From positions 6,409-70,408 of the IMG/VR virus record IMGVR_UViG_3300032083_000683: a stretch of DNA of 64,000 bases; one strand, given 5' to 3'. A program made the translations under genes and the position numbers. This stretch comes from a virus. Positions 27,667-37,044 of the stretch are shown piece after piece (the stretch's first letter is position 1; each line of letters begins with the position of its first letter). The notes under the pieces were generated by a model that saw only the letters and a list, made by a program, of their open reading frames with translations, had not been told where the DNA came from and did not search any database.

Positions 27667-28087
27667 TCTTCAAACTCTCAATTGCTTCACGATTACTTAC
27701 AATGTGTTTATCCTGATTGGCATCTATGAGTGCTTGAAGTTTTTCTGCTTTTTCTTTGTCAGTATCTAAATGTAATTCTGAATTAATTATTTTTTCTATT
27801 TTTAATACATGTATTCTTTCATTTGGAACATATCTCCAGATATATCCTTTTTCAGAATAAACACCAAATACAGTTTCACTTATACCAATTTTTATGATAA
27901 CTGCATCATTACCCTCAAGAAGAACTTTATCTCCCTCATTAAATGCTGGATTCATTTTAAATTTTATACCTTTTGCAAGGCCAGTTGCAATATCTTTCAC
28001 CCAAATTGCAATAATAAAACTAATTAATATTCCAACCCAAGGCAGTATAAACTCAGTCAGTTGTAATGTCTGTGCTTCCATGTCCAT
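27656..28087 (-). CDS. single-TM membrane protein with MscS-like beta domain
   Basis: TM helix, then KDIATGLAKG...F.EGDKV.LEG....KIG...T......VPN pattern of the MscS TM3b/beta domain. Confidence 0.55.
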   Translation of the reverse strand: MDMEAQTLQLTEFILPWVGILISFIIAIWVKDIATGLAKGIKFKMNPAFNEGDKVLLEGNDAVIIKIGISETVFGVYSEKGYIWRYVPNERIHVLKIEKIINSELHLDTDKEKAEKLQALIDANQDKHIVSNREAIESLKNGK

Positions 28088-28499
28088 CTGTTTTTCCTTT
28101 TAACATCTTTTGTAACTCAGCAGTTGAACCCACAAACAATGCGTTAGTAACATTTTTAGGTGCAGTATTAGGAACTTCTTTGAGTCTTTTCATCTTTTCT
28201 TGCAGCTCACCAAGTTTCTCTGTAACCTCTGCAACCTGTTTAATTAAATTACCAGCTACCTCATAAGTGCGAGGATGCTCAGATTCTTTTGCAATTTCAA
28301 GAATACCCTCAATTGCGTCTTGCCCTCTCTCTACCAAATTGTAAAAATTTTCTCTCTGATATTTGTAGTCTGCATCAACATCTTCTAATTTATCTGATGG
28401 CCTTTTAACAATTACTTTTGTTTTTGCACCCTTAAGTTCTTGTTCAACAGGGTCAAGAACACCAAGAGTTTCATCAAGAACATCAGCTGCAGTTTTCAT
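28053..28499 (-). CDS. gp16: terminase small subunit gp16
   Basis: DYKYQRENFY.L, SEHPRTYEVAG.L, NALFVGSTAELQKML. Confidence 0.92.
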   Translation of the reverse strand: MKTAADVLDETLGVLDPVEQELKGAKTKVIVKRPSDKLEDVDADYKYQRENFYNLVERGQDAIEGILEIAKESEHPRTYEVAGNLIKQVAEVTEKLGELQEKMKRLKEVPNTAPKNVTNALFVGSTAELQKMLKGKTDGHGSTDITTD

Positions 28500-29305
28500 T
28501 ACTTATCAGTTCCACTTTCAGAATCAAAATTCTTTGCGTCTTGGAAGAAAGATGTTGTTTCATTAAACCCAAAATCATCATCTGCATCAGCAGTAAATGG
28601 TTTTGGTGCAACTGTGTATCGTTGCTCTCTTTTAGGTGCATTATCTTGAATATCTGTATACTGGTCAACTTGTACTGTCTTAATAACTTTCTGTGAAGTA
28701 ACTGGGCCATATAAGTAAAACTTAGTTGTAAATGCTAAAGTGTAAATGATTGCTCGTCTTTCACCATACTCACCACGATAGTTGTCCTCATATGAAACAC
28801 TATTTAAAATAATAGGAACATCTCTTGCTATTCCCATATCTGTCATATCTTTAATTGTAAGAGTATAATCTGGCTGAAAGTATGGTAATATTTGTTCAAC
28901 AACTTGTAATGCATCATCAGACTGCTTTGCCATTGCATACAATTCAATATCTAAATTATATGGAACAGGCATATACTGAGAATCTAATTTATTAGACGCT
29001 GATGATGAACTTTTTACTTTTTTAAATCTTTGCACACGATTCAATTTTCTTGATGGGTCATATGTAAGATTTTGTATTTCAAATCCTAATCTTGGTAAAG
29101 TGATTGCAACTTTAGTATCAAGGCTTGCATCTGCATCTAATCTTGTTAGCCATTTTTGCCTTGGCCCATACGCAAGTGGCACTTTCATAGTTTGAATAAT
29201 ATTTCCACTATTATTTTTACGAACCAAATGTATATTGTTAAATAAAGTACCAAATGCAACAATAACATTTCGCATGGTTTCATGGTAGAACTGCTGCCCT
29301 AACAT
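28499..29305 (-). CDS. gp15: tail sheath stabilizer/terminator gp15
   Basis: FYHE.R...FGTLFNNI, VPLAYGP, LPR.GFE, EQILPYFQP. Confidence 0.93.
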   Translation of the reverse strand: MLGQQFYHETMRNVIVAFGTLFNNIHLVRKNNSGNIIQTMKVPLAYGPRQKWLTRLDADASLDTKVAITLPRLGFEIQNLTYDPSRKLNRVQRFKKVKSSSSASNKLDSQYMPVPYNLDIELYAMAKQSDDALQVVEQILPYFQPDYTLTIKDMTDMGIARDVPIILNSVSYEDNYRGEYGERRAIIYTLAFTTKFYLYGPVTSQKVIKTVQVDQYTDIQDNAPKREQRYTVAPKPFTADADDDFGFNETTSFFQDAKNFDSESGTDK

Positions 29306-29345
29306 AATATCATCTCCTTTTTCTTCATAGCATATCTCTCACGCC

Positions 29346-30497
29346 TTATGTTCCTCCAGCATCACCAAATGGGTTACTCTCTGAAAAGTCTAAAACATTA
29401 TCGTCTAGTTGGTCAAAGAGTTCATTTTGTGCCGTTTTATCTATATTTGATGTGTCTGTACTGCTACCACCTACTATATATGTTTCTTGTAAGAGGTATG
29501 CATCATTACCGCTATCAGCTGCGTTTTCAAGTAATATGTTTATACCAACTGAAGTTTCATCATCTTCACCAATGACATTATCACCAGCGTTTGATCCAGT
29601 TCCATCAGTTCCATCAAGTAATAGTAATCCATCTTCGTTTGCAGCGTGCAATATTCTGATGTTTTCATTAACTGCACTTGATTGCTCTAATGTAAACTGA
29701 TGCTCACCAACATCAGTTGTAAGTGTTGCTTCAATGTTATCAACCTCTGTGATACCAGTATCAATTCTTTCCTGACTGTATTCAAACTGCTGGCATCTAA
29801 GTTTATAAACAGGATTGTTGTCAAGTTGATGAAATGGTTGATCGTGGTCAACAAAATTAACTTGAAACATTTTGTTTAATATTGGGTGATAAACTAAATC
29901 TCCCTCTTGTGGCCTATCTGCATCAGTTGTTGCAGTATCCATAATTAAATAAAACTCACTACCACTTTCCTCTGATAATATAAAAGATGTATTATCATCT
30001 TCTAACATAATATTATCTCCAGCATTACTTGATGAAATGTCTGTTCCATTCATTGTAATAAATCTTTGTGTAACTGTTTCAAGTCTTGATGAATTTGAAT
30101 TTTGGTTTATTGAGCCAGCTTCAAGCTGTATTGAGCCACCAGTGGTATCTGTTCCATCTTCAAGAGTAATTTGACTATCCATCTCTTGAAATCTTTGCTT
30201 ACTTACGACAAAAGTAATTTCATTTCTATTCTCTAAACCAAACTGGCTCATAATTTCTTTTTCACCAGCGTATCCACCCTCTGCATCTTCCACATACATT
30301 TCTATTGGATGTTGCGTAGTAAATTTAGAAATTGCGTCCTCACCAAGTATGGTATCTATTGCAACAGTTGTTCTGTCAACATAATATACATCATGCCCAT
30401 GAATTTGTATTGCTTCTTTAATTAAGTCACGATAAAGGTTTTGCTCTGATTTAAGTGCAGCAAGATTATTTGTATGGAAAAAACTATTGACTGCCAT
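29346..30497 (-). CDS. gp14: neck protein gp14 with acidic insertions
   Basis: EQNL..DLI.EAIQIHG.DVYY, RPQEGDLVY, C-terminal DFSESNPFG. Confidence 0.9.
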   Translation of the reverse strand: MAVNSFFHTNNLAALKSEQNLYRDLIKEAIQIHGHDVYYVDRTTVAIDTILGEDAISKFTTQHPIEMYVEDAEGGYAGEKEIMSQFGLENRNEITFVVSKQRFQEMDSQITLEDGTDTTGGSIQLEAGSINQNSNSSRLETVTQRFITMNGTDISSSNAGDNIMLEDDNTSFILSEESGSEFYLIMDTATTDADRPQEGDLVYHPILNKMFQVNFVDHDQPFHQLDNNPVYKLRCQQFEYSQERIDTGITEVDNIEATLTTDVGEHQFTLEQSSAVNENIRILHAANEDGLLLLDGTDGTGSNAGDNVIGEDDETSVGINILLENAADSGNDAYLLQETYIVGGSSTDTSNIDKTAQNELFDQLDDNVLDFSESNPFGDAGGT

Positions 30498-30498
30498 A

Positions 30499-31314
30499 TT
30501 AACCTACCATATAATCTATAGGTGTTTCGTATGCAAGTTGTATTTGTTCTTCTAGTTTTGTTATTTCGTCTAATGCTTGAGTGTATATTTGCTCACCATT
30601 CATAGTGACACCACCTAACATTGCAACTCCATTAAATTTAGATAGATTTGCACCCCATTGTTTTTTAATCAATGCACTTGCATATCTTTTTAAATATATG
30701 TCATTGTAAATGTCTGTATATGTATCTGGGTCTATTTTACGATAACACTCAATAATAAGAAACTCATCTGCAGCTATGTCATTAGACCAGTCCATGTCTA
30801 TGTAAAGACGATTTTGATGTTGATTAAATCTTAGTGGTTTTTCTCCAACTAAAATATGTGACAAGAAATCTAAATGTTTCATTGTCATTTGATAATGAAT
30901 AATTGATGTAGATGAAAAATCATATAAATCATTTAATCTTAATTGATAACGAAGGTCAAACATATTATTTGTTGTTTGATCGTCAAAAGGAAATACATTA
31001 ACTACGGATACAACTGCTTCTGGGACTGTAATAAATCCTTTACCCTCTAGCCAGTCAGCAGTAATACTACTATCTCTCTTATCAGTTGCAGTTACAGTTT
31101 CGTTTTCCAGAGCTCTATCTAACTCTGTTTGTGTCATTTTGTGCTTGAGGTACATTCTCTCAACACCATCATAATGGTATTGTGCAAAATATTGTAGTGC
31201 TTCGTCTATTCTGTCATCAACTTGGTCATCTGATACATTAATATCAATGACACCAAAACCAAGTGAGCGAAGGCAATAGTCTTTAAATGTAGATTTTGAA
31301 TTTGGTGTTGCCAT
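30499..31314 (-). CDS. gp13: neck protein gp13
   Basis: YCLRSLG..VI.INV..DQ..DRIDEALQ.F...HYDG, QWGANLSKF. Confidence 0.93.
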   Translation of the reverse strand: MATPNSKSTFKDYCLRSLGFGVIDINVSDDQVDDRIDEALQYFAQYHYDGVERMYLKHKMTQTELDRALENETVTATDKRDSSITADWLEGKGFITVPEAVVSVVNVFPFDDQTTNNMFDLRYQLRLNDLYDFSSTSIIHYQMTMKHLDFLSHILVGEKPLRFNQHQNRLYIDMDWSNDIAADEFLIIECYRKIDPDTYTDIYNDIYLKRYASALIKKQWGANLSKFNGVAMLGGVTMNGEQIYTQALDEITKLEEQIQLAYETPIDYMVG

Positions 31315-31366
31315 ATCTTATCCTTTATAACCTATTTAGGTATTATAAAACTGGAAAAGAATATAA

Positions 31367-31720
31367 TTAAGATTTAGGATACTTGTCCTTGACAGCTTTT
31401 ATTTTTGCAGCCATATCATCAGGAAATGCTCCTGCTTTATATAGTGCGTCTAACTGGTCACCAATATTTGGATACTCACTTACTCTGTTTCTTTTATACT
31501 CATCAGCATTGTATTCATCTTTTAATCTTTTAACTTCTGCATCAAACTCTGCTTGTGTTGGTTTGGTCACTCCATCTTGAATAACTATTGCGTGTTCCCA
31601 ACACATTCTTTGGTCATTAGGTATTTTGTTACCACTTGAATCTGTCTTTGCCCAACCATACCAATTAGGAGTGTCAGGTCTTAAATTTTTTAATGCCTCT
31701 TGAACCCAATCTCTTTCCAT
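31367..31720 (-). CDS. tail-fibre assembly chaperone-like protein
   Basis: KPT.AE...YKRNR..EYP.IGDQLD.LY...IKAVKDKYPK; paralogous to 32484 and 34755. Confidence 0.55.
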   Translation of the reverse strand: MERDWVQEALKNLRPDTPNWYGWAKTDSSGNKIPNDQRMCWEHAIVIQDGVTKPTQAEFDAEVKRLKDEYNADEYKRNRVSEYPNIGDQLDALYKAGAFPDDMAAKIKAVKDKYPKS

Positions 31721-31721
31721 C

Positions 31722-32477
31722 TTATGTATCTCCTAATCTAGTAAAAAGAACTCCAGTTCTAGTAACATCTGATGCACCTAAAATTTGTGTACTAGAATTT
31801 CCAACACTATAATTAAATCTTACCTTTGTATTTGAAACATCTGTAACATCAATTATTGCATACATGGTAGTATTACCTCCACCTGTAAAAGTACCACTTG
31901 TGGTAGAGTTACCAGATAAAGTTCTTGCAACACTTGTATATGATGAATCATCTGTTGTTACTTCAGTTTGTATTTGTTGTTGAGTATCATTTAGCGAAGT
32001 TTGATATACCTGTCCAGTAAATTCTATAAGGTATATACCTGTTGATGGAAAACTAAAAATACCACTTGATTCTGACATTCCTGTTCCAACTTTAGCATTT
32101 GCTGTATAATCAATTCTTTCCCAATTTGCATTTATCACTCCAGTTCCTGTTTTAGTAGTAGTTAATCTCCATTGGTCAGCACCAAAAAATGTAGTGTTAG
32201 AAGTATCTAAAATAGTTCCACCTGTGGTGCTAGATGGTAATAATATTTTTCTACCAGCTGTCCTATTGGTTGTTTTTATATCATCTAAAAAAGTGCTGGT
32301 ATTTGTAACTGATGAATCTCCAGCACCAGATTCAAAAGACATAATAGAACCCACATCTGTATTAGATGCACTTGCGTCTAATAGAACTTTACTATTTGCA
32401 TTTGCACTTGTACTATCAGTTCCATCTAAAAGTATATGGTCTGAAGTAAGTGTATTATGAACTTTACTTAATGGCAT
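31722..32477 (-). CDS. fibre-tip-like virion protein
   Basis: DQWRL...W...MSESSGIFSFPSTGIYLI...F.RLGDT C-terminal domain; paralogous to the genes at 58374-60085. Confidence 0.55.
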   Translation of the reverse strand: MPLSKVHNTLTSDHILLDGTDSTSANANSKVLLDASASNTDVGSIMSFESGAGDSSVTNTSTFLDDIKTTNRTAGRKILLPSSTTGGTILDTSNTTFFGADQWRLTTTKTGTGVINANWERIDYTANAKVGTGMSESSGIFSFPSTGIYLIEFTGQVYQTSLNDTQQQIQTEVTTDDSSYTSVARTLSGNSTTSGTFTGGGNTTMYAIIDVTDVSNTKVRFNYSVGNSSTQILGASDVTRTGVLFTRLGDT

Positions 32478-32483
32478 TTAATT

Positions 32484-32852
32484 TTATCCTTTAGGGTATT
32501 TATCTTTTATTTTTTTAATAGAAGCTTTCCATGCGTCTATTCCCTCATTGTATATCATATCTAATTGTTCTGACCATTTGGGATATTCATTTCTTCTTTG
32601 TCTTTTATACTCTGCAGCTTTGTATGCAGTTTTTAATTCAGAAATTTTTGCATTAACCTCAGATTCAGTTGGCTTAGAAAAATTACTTGGAAGATTATCG
32701 TGAGTTGTAATATTAGAATATTTGTAGCCTTCATGTGGTTTAATTAATCTATACCAGTTAAGAGTGTCACCACCTAATTCCATTAGTGCAAATTGATAGT
32801 AATCTTCTTCAGTAGGTTCTCTTGGATCTAAATCATACATTACTCTAGGCAT
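32484..32852 (-). CDS. tail-fibre assembly chaperone-like protein
   Basis: KPTE.E...YKRQRRNEYP...QLDMIY..G...W...IKDKYPK. Confidence 0.55.
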   Translation of the reverse strand: MPRVMYDLDPREPTEEDYYQFALMELGGDTLNWYRLIKPHEGYKYSNITTHDNLPSNFSKPTESEVNAKISELKTAYKAAEYKRQRRNEYPKWSEQLDMIYNEGIDAWKASIKKIKDKYPKG

Positions 32853-32855
32853 TTA

Positions 32856-33572
32856 TTATTTCTCCTTTAATAACCAACCATTGGTTGAGTTGTGATATAC
32901 CAACGCAGAAGCACCACCCTCTGTTGTTACTGTTAAATCTGTTGAGCTTCTTTGTATCTTATGCCCATTTCTACCAACTGTTAGGTTATTTGTATCAAAT
33001 GTTCCAGCAACATCAATAAATCTTACTTCATCACCTATGTTTGCAGTTGCTGGTAAAGTCATTGTAATTGCTGTTGAAGATGTGTCAATAAAGTATTGCT
33101 CTCCAGCAACAGCAGTAAAGGCTGTTGATTTTGTGCTTGAAATCCATCTAGGAGTGTTCTGTGCATTTACTGTTGCAGTTGCAGTTGATAATACAACATT
33201 ACCAGTTGATACTGTCATATTTCCACTTGATACTGTCGTTCCATTTGCAAAAGAAACAGAATTATCAAAAGTTCCACCATCTCTTTTACTTACTGTGTCA
33301 GCAGAAGCAAAAGTTTCAAATGCAAGTATTTCAACTTCATCATTAAGATTAAGTGCAGATAAACCACCAATGGTGTTTGCAGTTGAAGTATTATAGTCCT
33401 CACCTGATTTTAATTTAACACCATTTAAAAATACATCTACAAGATTACCATCTTCAAATGTTAAAGTTTGCCCATTTGCATCTGAGCCACTTATTGAAGT
33501 TTGTCCAGCAGTTGCAAGAAAAGTAAATCTCTTACGAAGTCCTGATACTGCAGCTTTTCCTATATATGGCAT
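32856..33572 (-). CDS. virion structural/fibre protein
   Basis: MPYIG start; DVFLNGVKL..DY; YFIDTS...TLPA...GDEV.FID...F.TNNLTV.RNG domain seen in T4-like baseplate/fibre proteins. Confidence 0.7.
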   Translation of the reverse strand: MPYIGKAAVSGLRKRFTFLATAGQTSISGSDANGQTLTFEDGNLVDVFLNGVKLKSGEDYNTSTANTIGGLSALNLNDEVEILAFETFASADTVSKRDGGTFDNSVSFANGTTVSSGNMTVSTGNVVLSTATATVNAQNTPRWISSTKSTAFTAVAGEQYFIDTSSTAITMTLPATANIGDEVRFIDVAGTFDTNNLTVGRNGHKIQRSSTDLTVTTEGGASALVYHNSTNGWLLKEK

Positions 33573-33641
33573 ATTTTATTCCTTTTAATCTATTTAGGTA
33601 TTTAGGTATTATAAAATACCTTAAATATAAACTACAATATG

Positions 33642-34178
33642 TTATTTAACTTTTCTACCACTATCAAAGTAATATTTTTGATTTTTTCCACGACTTAGAA
33701 CATAGTGAAAAAACGCTTGACTATAATAGTTTCCATTATATAAATCTCTACCATGTGTTATTTCTGCTCCAAGATATAAAACAGCATCGCCACTTTCTAA
33801 ATCAATTGATTTTTTGTTTCCCTCTTTATCATACAAATAAAAAGGCCAGTTTTTATCTCCATCTAAATGTAGTGTTAAAGATATTTCACAAGCTAATCTG
33901 TCTCTATGTGGTATTAAAACAGAATTTTTTAAATAAACTCTAGCATAATTGTATGTAGGTAAAACTGTTTCTCCAATTAATTCTGTAACCTCATTTGTTT
34001 TTTCACATAGTAACTCTAAAAATGGTAGATAGTTGTAATAACAATAAGAGTTTTCAGCCTGTGGATCTCCTGTTAAATTATTTTTTTTACTAAAGTCATA
34101 AAATTCATTGTGTAAAGATTTAGCTCTTTTTTTATCAATGAAGTTTTTAATACACAAATAACCATTATCTACTTTCAT
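33642..34178 (-). CDS. 2OG-Fe(II) oxygenase
   Basis: PTY.YARVY...L.PHRDR.ACEIS.TL...GDA.LY.G...HGR...Q.FFHY. Confidence 0.85.
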   Translation of the reverse strand: MKVDNGYLCIKNFIDKKRAKSLHNEFYDFSKKNNLTGDPQAENSYCYYNYLPFLELLCEKTNEVTELIGETVLPTYNYARVYLKNSVLIPHRDRLACEISLTLHLDGDKNWPFYLYDKEGNKKSIDLESGDAVLYLGAEITHGRDLYNGNYYSQAFFHYVLSRGKNQKYYFDSGRKVK

Positions 34179-34183
34179 AATAT

Positions 34184-34753
34184 TTAATCAAACCATTTGT
34201 CTTTAGAATGATGTAACCAAGTTACAACAGCATACCTAACTCCATTTGTAACAGGCAATACTTTGTGAGGATATAACCGATTAGATGGAAACATACAAAT
34301 TTGTCCAGCTTTTAAATTTATTTTTTCCTCATACTTAATTGCATTTGTATAATCATCTCTAAAAAAGATTAGCTCTCCACCCTCGTAATCTTCATTTAAA
34401 ACAATAGATACAGATAAAAGTCTATTAAATTCACCTACATCAGTATGTAATTTATATTCTTGTCCTTTTTCATATCTCATTAAACCTAATGCTTCCACCT
34501 GAGAACAACTATTCTCATAATTTTGACATTTTTTTACATATTCAAAATAAGATTCTTTAATGGTGTGGATTAAAATTCTGTGATACCTAGAATTAAGTAA
34601 AGATAATTGTGAGCAAGTGCGATAATCACTTGATCCAGTGCCTGTCCATGACTGTTCCCATTTTCTTGAATATTGAGATTCTTTTATGATATTATTGCAC
34701 ACATTAGGAGTCAAAGCATCCATTACATGGATGTAGTCTTTTAATTTATCCAT
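34184..34753 (-). CDS. 2OG-Fe(II) oxygenase (prolyl-hydroxylase-like)
   Basis: LHTD...LNEDYEGGEL...FPSN..YPHKV.PVT.GVRY..VTW. Confidence 0.85.
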   Translation of the reverse strand: MDKLKDYIHVMDALTPNVCNNIIKESQYSRKWEQSWTGTGSSDYRTCSQLSLLNSRYHRILIHTIKESYFEYVKKCQNYENSCSQVEALGLMRYEKGQEYKLHTDVGEFNRLLSVSIVLNEDYEGGELIFFRDDYTNAIKYEEKINLKAGQICMFPSNRLYPHKVLPVTNGVRYAVVTWLHHSKDKWFD

Positions 34754-34754
34754 G

Positions 34755-35099
34755 TTAAGACTTTGGATATTTTGCTTTTATTTCTGCAACTTTAGCTCGC
34801 CAAGCTTCTAAACCATTTTCAGTTATGAACTCAATTTGTTGCTCAAACCCACCATACTCAGCGCATCTTTTTTCGTACCAAGTTACTTCAGGTTCTGGAT
34901 TTGAAGAATTATTAATCACATTATTAGATACTGCCCATGCTCCATCTCTAAAGGTTATACTCTGCGTTTCAGCATTATAATCAGGTGGTTTAACATCTGT
35001 AGAATTTGCAGGCTGGTGAAAAACTCCAGGCTCTTTTGGGGATTCCCATCCCTTAACTTCATATCCAGTTTTCAAGTCATAGAAACTTTTATATTTCAT
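34755..35099 (-). CDS. tail-fibre assembly chaperone-like protein
   Basis: ESP.EPGVF..PANST...PP; C-terminal QIEFITENGLEAW..KVAEIKAKYPK; follows the collar protein gene. Confidence 0.6.
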   Translation of the reverse strand: MKYKSFYDLKTGYEVKGWESPKEPGVFHQPANSTDVKPPDYNAETQSITFRDGAWAVSNNVINNSSNPEPEVTWYEKRCAEYGGFEQQIEFITENGLEAWRAKVAEIKAKYPKS

Positions 35100-35108
35100 A
35101 ATTATCTC

Positions 35109-36215
35109 CTATATTTTAATACAATAAAGTAAAGTTGCATTGAAAGGAACTGTTTCATTACCAACAGTAGGTGCTGGATAATCATCAGATTCCTGAACAT
35201 CATCTATATATATTCTTGGTTCATTTACACCGCCAGGATTTTCTTTATCAACTTTACCAAATAAACAAGGCTCTGGCGAGTTATCAGGGTAATTAGAATT
35301 GTTATTACACAACATATGAGGTCTATTATCTGCAATAGTATTACCAGCAGCATTAGTTGTTCTAACTGTATGTCCATGCCCTCGTAAAGTATCTACAGTT
35401 TTATCACCGACATCACCACCAGCATATGTATTAGTATATGATTGAGTTCCAGAACCTCTTAAAAATGCACCTCGCAAATCAGGAACATTAAAATTAGCAC
35501 TTCCATCACCAACTCCCCAAGTAGTAGATATTGCAGAAAATAAATCAGCATAAGTTGTTCTACTAACAGCAGACCCATCACAAGACAACCAACCACTAGG
35601 TGCAGATGTACCAGCAAATGGTGCAACCATGCCTGTTAATTCTTCAGTTAAAAAAGCTGTACCAGTTGCATCAGGTAAAGTTAGTGTTCTTGCAGTTGAG
35701 CTATCAGGAGCTTGAAGTGTGAACAATCCAGTTCCAGATGCAGTTCCATCTACTTTAATTCTTGGATTTTGAAGGTCATTTTTAAATGTAACACCACCAC
35801 CAGTAGAAACTGTCATTGCATCTGTAGTTCCAGTAGAGCCAATTGTTCCACCATTATTAATTTTTAAGTTACCACTAGTTGTTAAATTACCAGTAACATC
35901 TAATGTTCCACCCATGTTGTAGTTCTTATCACCTAAATCTGCTGGTGGTAAGACTGTATCTTTTTGTCTACCACGATGTAACACATAGATGTTATCTGTT
36001 CCACTAGGTGGAGCTTCTGTGAATGTTAAAGTTGCACCACTAATAGAATAAGCAACAATAGGCTCTTGTTGTACATTTCCTACTAAAACTTCAGCATCAT
36101 TTGTTGATGATGTTTGAGAAAGTGTAAATTCAACTGTTGAACCATCACCACTGAATGTATCTTTTACTGTTCCAGAAAATCCATCATCTTTTGCAGATGT
36201 TCCAAAATAAGGCAT
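35109..36215 (-). CDS. tail-collar-domain fibre protein
   Basis: GMVAPFAG..APSGWLSCDGSAVSRTTYADLF.AI...WG.GDGS..FNVPDLRG.FLRG collar domain. Confidence 0.88.
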   Translation of the reverse strand: MPYFGTSAKDDGFSGTVKDTFSGDGSTVEFTLSQTSSTNDAEVLVGNVQQEPIVAYSISGATLTFTEAPPSGTDNIYVLHRGRQKDTVLPPADLGDKNYNMGGTLDVTGNLTTSGNLKINNGGTIGSTGTTDAMTVSTGGGVTFKNDLQNPRIKVDGTASGTGLFTLQAPDSSTARTLTLPDATGTAFLTEELTGMVAPFAGTSAPSGWLSCDGSAVSRTTYADLFSAISTTWGVGDGSANFNVPDLRGAFLRGSGTQSYTNTYAGGDVGDKTVDTLRGHGHTVRTTNAAGNTIADNRPHMLCNNNSNYPDNSPEPCLFGKVDKENPGGVNEPRIYIDDVQESDDYPAPTVGNETVPFNATLLYCIKI

Positions 36216-36544
36216 TAGGTTATCTCCATTATAGCCATTACTATGTCAACACTATTTGCTGTATCTGACTGAACGATTATACTATCTCCTGCCTGTAAGA
36301 TAACTTTATTACCTGACATAAATTCAAAACTGGACGCAGTTGGGATAGGAAGATCTTTTACAAGATGTACTGTCGTTCCAGCATTGAGTTTTGCATCAAC
36401 AGTAATTTGACTTCCAGTTAAATTTGCAACGGATAATCCAATTACAACTGTTGTTGTAGAGGAGGGGCAAGTATAAACGATAATGTCTGTATTTGCAGCT
36501 GTGTTTCCCCCAGCAAAGACTTCATTTTTAAATGTATTTGCCAT
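36215..36544 (-). CDS. small virion structural protein
   Basis: MANTFKN...YTCP...GL.VAN...K.IL..GD pattern common in marine phage structural regions. Confidence 0.6.
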   Translation of the reverse strand: MANTFKNEVFAGGNTAANTDIIVYTCPSSTTTVVIGLSVANLTGSQITVDAKLNAGTTVHLVKDLPIPTASSFEFMSGNKVILQAGDSIIVQSDTANSVDIVMAIMEIT

Positions 36545-36555
36545 TTAATTACTCC

Positions 36556-37005
36556 TTAACCTACATCGTCAAGTAGAGCGGCAACTACACAATTAACTGT
36601 TCCTGTTGACGAAATTGCATGAATATCATCAACTGTCGCATTTGGTAATCTACCATACCAAGTTTGTGATGGGCCGACTAAAAATGCATCTCCAGTTGTG
36701 CTTGCAGCAGTTCCACCATCAACAACAATGTAAACACTTGCAGTAGAACTTTGATTTTGCACAAGTAAAAAATTTACTTTATCACCAGCTGCGATTGCTG
36801 TTGTTGCAGTATCATCATCAACTGCTGTGTAGTCAATATAATCTCCAGCCATTAAATTTGTGCTAGAGTTTGATACACTTGTTAATTTGTAATACCACTT
36901 ATCATTCGCATCAGCAGGTGATACTGATAATGTGCCTGATATAATTTTTTGTATCTCGTCTGGTAAGACACTTGCAGATACTGTTACTGTAGCGTCATCA
37001 GCCAT
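36556..37005 (-). CDS. hypothetical structural protein
   Basis: RBS AGGAG; late promoter at 37033-37040. Confidence 0.65.
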   Translation of the reverse strand: MADDATVTVSASVLPDEIQKIISGTLSVSPADANDKWYYKLTSVSNSSTNLMAGDYIDYTAVDDDTATTAIAAGDKVNFLLVQNQSSTASVYIVVDGGTAASTTGDAFLVGPSQTWYGRLPNATVDDIHAISSTGTVNCVVAALLDDVG

Positions 37006-37044
37006 GTTTTTCTCCTATCCTATTTTTAATTCTATTTATAATTC

